From Bacteroidota bacterium (GTDB taxonomy: Bacteria > Bacteroidota > Bacteroidia > Cytophagales > Cyclobacteriaceae), in assembly GCA_018267215.1 (NCBI GenBank), contig JAFDYX010000024.1, positions 73,240 to 105,239 on the forward strand: a stretch of DNA of 32,000 nucleotides. Direction: 5' to 3'. A model generated the notes under the pieces. The model was not told where the DNA came from. It searched no databases and was given only the letters and a program-made list of their open reading frames with translations. Position 1 is the stretch's first letter; every line of letters begins with the position of its first letter. This document shows positions 28,893 to 32,000 of the stretch, in pieces. Position numbers and translations under genes: made by a program.

Positions 28893-29402
28893 ATGAATCT
28901 CGAAGACTTTGAAAACCGGGTGCTGCCCACCAAACATAAGCTTTACCGCTTTGCCTTTCGGTTGTTGGGCAGCAGCGAAGAAGCCAAAGACGTGGTGCAG
29001 GAAACGATGCTCAAGGTTTGGAATGGGCGCGATCTGGCCGAAGTGCAGAATATGGAAGCGTGGTGTATGCGGATAACCAAAAACCTGTCGCTCGATAAAT
29101 TGCGGAGCATACAGCGCAGAACCACCCACTCCATCGAAAGCACGGCAGAGTTTCATCACGAAGGACTGACACCGCATGAAAAAACCGAACTGCACGAAAG
29201 TATGAAACGGATTGACCAACTGATGGCAGCCCTGCCCGACAAACAGCGCCAAGTAATGCACTTGCGCGATGTAGAGGGGCACAGCTACAACGAAATTTGT
29301 GAGATACTGGAACTGGACATGAACCAGGTGAAAGTAAATTTATTCCGCGCCCGCAATGCCGTGCGCGAAAAACTGACTAAACTCAATGCTTATGGACTCT
29401 AA
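28893..29402 (+). CDS. ECF-type RNA polymerase sigma-70 family factor
   Basis: 169 aa. Region 2 EEAKDVVQETMLKVW...WCMRITKNLSLDKLR. Region 4 LPDKQRQVMHLRDVEGHSYNEICEILELDMNQVKVNLFRARNAVREKL. Confidence 0.9.
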   Translation: MNLEDFENRVLPTKHKLYRFAFRLLGSSEEAKDVVQETMLKVWNGRDLAEVQNMEAWCMRITKNLSLDKLRSIQRRTTHSIESTAEFHHEGLTPHEKTELHESMKRIDQLMAALPDKQRQVMHLRDVEGHSYNEICEILELDMNQVKVNLFRARNAVREKLTKLNAYGL

Positions 29403-29916
29403 GCAAATAGAACAACTGCTGGAGAAATACTGGAATGCAGAAACCTCGCTGGAAGAAGAACAGGAATTGCACCGCTATTTTCAAACTAACGGAGTGCCGG
29501 ATACATTACAAGAAACGGCAGAACTGTTCAGGTACTTTACCCATGAAAAAAATAAGACCTTCACCGACTCGGATTTCGATAAGCGTGTAACAAAACACAT
29601 CGGCCAACGTCAAGGTGGGAAAGTGATTAGAATGACAAACTGGTTTCAGATAGCACGTGTGGCGGCAGGCGTGCTGGTGCTGGTGGCGGCAGTTTATCTG
29701 ATCGGGCAGGAAGTAAGAAAATCTTCGCCCATCGAAATTGCCGACACCGAAACTGACCCCCAACTGGCTTTTGAAGAAACCAAAAAAGCGCTGCTGATGA
29801 TTTCAAAAAGTTTTAACAAGGCACAACAAGAAGTGGTGAAAATAAATTTGCTCAACGAAGCCCAGCAAAAAATTGAACGCAAGTCCGCAGAAGGAGAAAA
29901 TAAACCGAGTATTTAA
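29386..29916 (+). CDS. Putative membrane-anchored anti-sigma factor
   Basis: Overlaps the sigma gene stop by 17 nt (or 11 nt from the ATG at 29392). Cytoplasmic acidic helix, single TM VAAGVLVLVAAVYLI, short periplasmic tail. No zinc (HxxxCxxC) motif. Call is based on position and topology. Confidence 0.55.
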   Translation: MLMDSKQIEQLLEKYWNAETSLEEEQELHRYFQTNGVPDTLQETAELFRYFTHEKNKTFTDSDFDKRVTKHIGQRQGGKVIRMTNWFQIARVAAGVLVLVAAVYLIGQEVRKSSPIEIADTETDPQLAFEETKKALLMISKSFNKAQQEVVKINLLNEAQQKIERKSAEGENKPSI

Positions 29917-29930
29917 AAAAAATAAATTAT

Positions 29931-30464
29931 ATGATTATGAAAAAATTATTGTTTGGAACTGTGCTGTTAACCTTATCGCTCGTGGCCCATGCCCAAGGCG
30001 ATGCCATCTCTAAATTCTTTGCCAAATACCAGGATGACGAGGCCTTCACCCAAGTGAAGGTGAGCCAAAAAATGTTCGGTCTCTTTACTAACATGACAGT
30101 AGATAAACCCGAAGACAAAGCCATTCTGGACGCCATCAGCAAAATTCAAGGGTTACGTGTATTGGCCAAGAACGAAACCCGCGACTCGCGGGCATTGTAC
30201 AAAGAAGCCATGACGGCCATACCTGCTAAAGAGTATGAAGAACTGATGAGCGTGCGCGACAAAGACAAAGACATGAAATTTTACATCAAAGAATTAAGCT
30301 CGGGCAAAATCGGTGAGTTGGTGATGGTATCGGCCGGCAACAACGACTTTATGCTGCTCAGTTTGTTTGGCGAAATTGACCTGAAAAAAATAGGCAACAT
30401 CGGCAAGAAGATGAACATTGACGGGCTGGATAAACTGGAAAAAATCAACGACAAGAAAAATTGA
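29931..30464 (+). CDS. DUF4252 domain protein (secreted)
   Basis: 177 aa. Signal peptide MIMKKLLFGTVLLTLSLVAHAQ. GDAISKFFAKYQDDEAFTQVKVSQKMFGLF...IQGLRVL...ELMSV...FYIKE...GELVMV...DFMLLSL.G.IDL is the typical DUF4252 layout found after ECF/anti-sigma pairs. Confidence 0.75.
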   Translation: MIMKKLLFGTVLLTLSLVAHAQGDAISKFFAKYQDDEAFTQVKVSQKMFGLFTNMTVDKPEDKAILDAISKIQGLRVLAKNETRDSRALYKEAMTAIPAKEYEELMSVRDKDKDMKFYIKELSSGKIGELVMVSAGNNDFMLLSLFGEIDLKKIGNIGKKMNIDGLDKLEKINDKKN

Positions 30465-30482
30465 TCACAGGTACGGATTACG

Positions 30483-30547
30483 GGTTACAAGTTTCAGGTT
30501 ACTGGTTGTAGTTAATAAGTAGCCTCCATCATTAGAAACTTGTAACC
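30483..30547 (+). repeat. Perfect 13-bp inverted repeat forming a nested stem-loop between the two DUF4252 genes
   Basis: GGTTACAAGTTTC (30483-30495) pairs with GAAACTTGTAACC (30535-30547). An inner helix GGTTACT/AGTAGCC (7 bp, one G-U) sits within the 39-nt spacer. It is followed by TTTAATTT. Confidence 0.7.
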
Positions 30548-30576
30548 TTTAATTTGCCAAACACACCACATCTTCT

Positions 30577-31119
30577 ATGAAAAATCTGCTTCTTGTTTTG
30601 AGCGTTATTTGGTCTGCCAATCTCTTGGCTCAAACCAAAACGACCGAAACCCTCGAAAAAAAATTTGATGGCTTTAAATTGTATTTTTATAAAAACACCT
30701 TGCGCATGTTAAACCAAAAAGACAGCCCCGAGTTTGATGCGCTCATCAAAGACATTGAGAAGATGCGGTTTCTGATTGTCAATAAAACCAAAAGCACTTT
30801 TAGTGATGCCGACTATCATTTACTGCTGAAAGGCTATCAGTCTGAGTCGTACGAAGAAATGATGACCAGCCGGTATCAAGGAAGAAAGTTTGATGTGTAC
30901 GTGCGCGAATCCGGAGGGCGCGTAAAGGGCACAGTTATTTTGGTCAACGACTCTACCAATTTGTACGTGCTCGATATTTTGGGCCGTGTGCCGTTACAAA
31001 CTGCCCCCTCCCTGTTTCAGGCCATCAACGGCAATGCCGACATCGGTCAGAAAATTGCCGACTTTGTGAGCAACGGAAAATCTTCCAAGAAAAAACAAAA
31101 AGGCGTTGTTGTTGATTAA
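30577..31119 (+). CDS. DUF4252-like protein (second copy, secreted)
   Basis: 180 aa. Signal peptide MKNLLLVLSVIWSANLLAQ. Same order of blocks as the first copy (FYKNTLRMLN..., IEKMRFLIV, EEMMTSR, FDVYVRE, GTVILVNDSTNLYVLDILG). Confidence 0.65.
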   Translation: MKNLLLVLSVIWSANLLAQTKTTETLEKKFDGFKLYFYKNTLRMLNQKDSPEFDALIKDIEKMRFLIVNKTKSTFSDADYHLLLKGYQSESYEEMMTSRYQGRKFDVYVRESGGRVKGTVILVNDSTNLYVLDILGRVPLQTAPSLFQAINGNADIGQKIADFVSNGKSSKKKQKGVVVD

Positions 31120-31136
31120 CGATTTTAAAATATTAA

Positions 31137-32000
31137 ATGAGTAGCCCATCGGATAACTTATCTCCACTTCACTCCCCCTCTCCATCGGAGAGAAGGAGTG
31201 AAGTCGTTCTTTCTACTGACAAACTCACCAAAAATTTCGGTAGGCTGTGTGCCGTCAACCGCCTTGACTTGGAGGTGAGGAGCGGCCAGGTGTTTGGTAT
31301 GCTCGGCCCCAATGGCAGCGGCAAGACCACCACACTGGGAATGTTGATGGGCGTAACCAACCCAACATCCGGAAGTTTCAGATGGTTTGGAGAACCCGCA
31401 TCGAATTTAACGAGAAAAAAAATTGGTGCCGTGCTGGAGCATCCTATTTTCTATCCGTATTTAAGTGGACAGAAAAACCTGGAACTCAATGCGATGATCA
31501 AAGGCACCGATCCGGCCAACATCGCAAAAGTTTTGAATATCGTTGAGCTAACTGAACGAAAGGATGATAAATACAAAACGTATTCGCTCGGCATGAAGCA
31601 ACGGCTGGCTATTGCTTCGGCTCTGGTGAGCGACCCCGTCATTTTGATTTTGGATGAACCTACCAACGGCCTGGATCCGATGGGCATTGCCGAGATACGC
31701 GAGATCATCAAACGCATTGCCGCAGACGGCAAAACAATTATTCTGGCCAGCCATTTATTAGACGAAGTGCAAAAAGTATGCACCCACTTTGCCGTGCTGC
31801 GAAAAGGAAGCTTAGTGCATACCGGCCCGGTAGATGACGTGGGCAAAGGCGAAGAAACCGTAGAGTTGGTGGCTTACCACGATGATCTCTCGCACATCCT
31901 TCACGAGTTTCGCGGGTCACTATTAGTAAAGGCAGAGAGCGGAAAATATTTGGTTCGTATGCGAGAAGGATTTCATGCCGTGGATTTGAATAAATTTTTG
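31137..32000 (+). CDS. ABC transporter ATP-binding protein (3'-truncated by window end)
   Basis: Open from the ATG at 31137 to the window edge (288 codons; not in the ORF track because no stop is reached). Walker A GPNGSGKTT, Q-loop, signature LSLGMKQRLAIA, Walker B ILILDEPTNGLD, H-loop ILASHLL. Confidence 0.85.
   Translation, partial: MSSPSDNLSPLHSPSPSERRSEVVLSTDKLTKNFGRLCAVNRLDLEVRSGQVFGMLGPNGSGKTTTLGMLMGVTNPTSGSFRWFGEPASNLTRKKIGAVLEHPIFYPYLSGQKNLELNAMIKGTDPANIAKVLNIVELTERKDDKYKTYSLGMKQRLAIASALVSDPVILILDEPTNGLDPMGIAEIREIIKRIAADGKTIILASHLLDEVQKVCTHFAVLRKGSLVHTGPVDDVGKGEETVELVAYHDDLSHILHEFRGSLLVKAESGKYLVRMREGFHAVDLNKFL
31166..31204 (+). repeat. Strong GC-rich hairpin inside the 5' coding region of the ABC ATPase gene
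   Basis: ACTTCACTCC (31166-31175) pairs with GGAGTGAAGT (31195-31204). A CC/AA internal mismatch is followed by CTCTCC (31178-31183) pairing with GGAGAG (31187-31192), with a 3-nt loop. It encodes SPLHSPSPSERRSEV, upstream of the conserved ABC N-terminus. Confidence 0.7.

Overview
This 32-kb chromosomal window is gene-dense and reads like a Bacteroidota genome of the Chitinophagia/Sphingobacteriia type. Supporting signs are the lack of Shine-Dalgarno sequences, TAnnTTTG-type -7 boxes, an ECF-sigma/DUF4252 module, and many signal-peptide and beta-barrel proteins. All family assignments come from motif recognition by eye; no database search was possible. I support about 29 protein genes, one tRNA-Leu(CAA), one decayed gene copy and several hairpins and repeats. 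I saw no rRNA, CRISPR array, transposase or integrase.

Gene content from left to right:
- a PIN toxin with a small antitoxin, in an AT-rich islet
- an M28 aminopeptidase
- a minus-strand operon of KdpD-like kinase (C-terminal half only), KdpE-like regulator, Kup K+ transporter and a porin
- a 1008-aa fusion of APH-type kinase, M23 peptidase and class-III PLP enzyme, followed by a GH2 beta-galactosidase
- a DUF488 protein
- a three-gene heme-copper oxidase cluster (CuA subunit II, subunit I, SCO1/SenC)
- a DUF1543 protein, porins and secreted hypothetical proteins
- an orphan MreB paralog, an RlmI-like methyltransferase and tRNA-Leu
- a tandem GIY-YIG module
- an AhpD-like protein, an ICL/PEP-mutase protein and a CBS-domain cystathionine beta-synthase
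- a SPOR-OmpA protein
- an ECF sigma, anti-sigma and two DUF4252 genes, then a partial ABC ATPase

Most noteworthy findings:
1. In the oxidase subunit I, the active-site cross-link Tyr is replaced by Asn-Glu (GHTLANE). Together with the CuA subunit and senC, this points to an sNOR-like nitric-oxide reductase rather than an O2 reductase.
2. The kinase-M23-phospholyase-like fusion sits next to a beta-galactosidase. This suggests, speculatively, a galactosyl-hydroxylysine / amino-alcohol salvage module.
3. A KdpDE-type two-component system is translationally coupled to kup and a porin instead of kdpFABC. An 11-bp-phased direct repeat lies upstream.
4. The 3' end of the tRNA, its terminator and the 5' end of a GIY-YIG gene are duplicated exactly. 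The duplication is followed by a frameshifted older copy, which looks like cassette-style insertion at a tRNA 3' end without an integrase.
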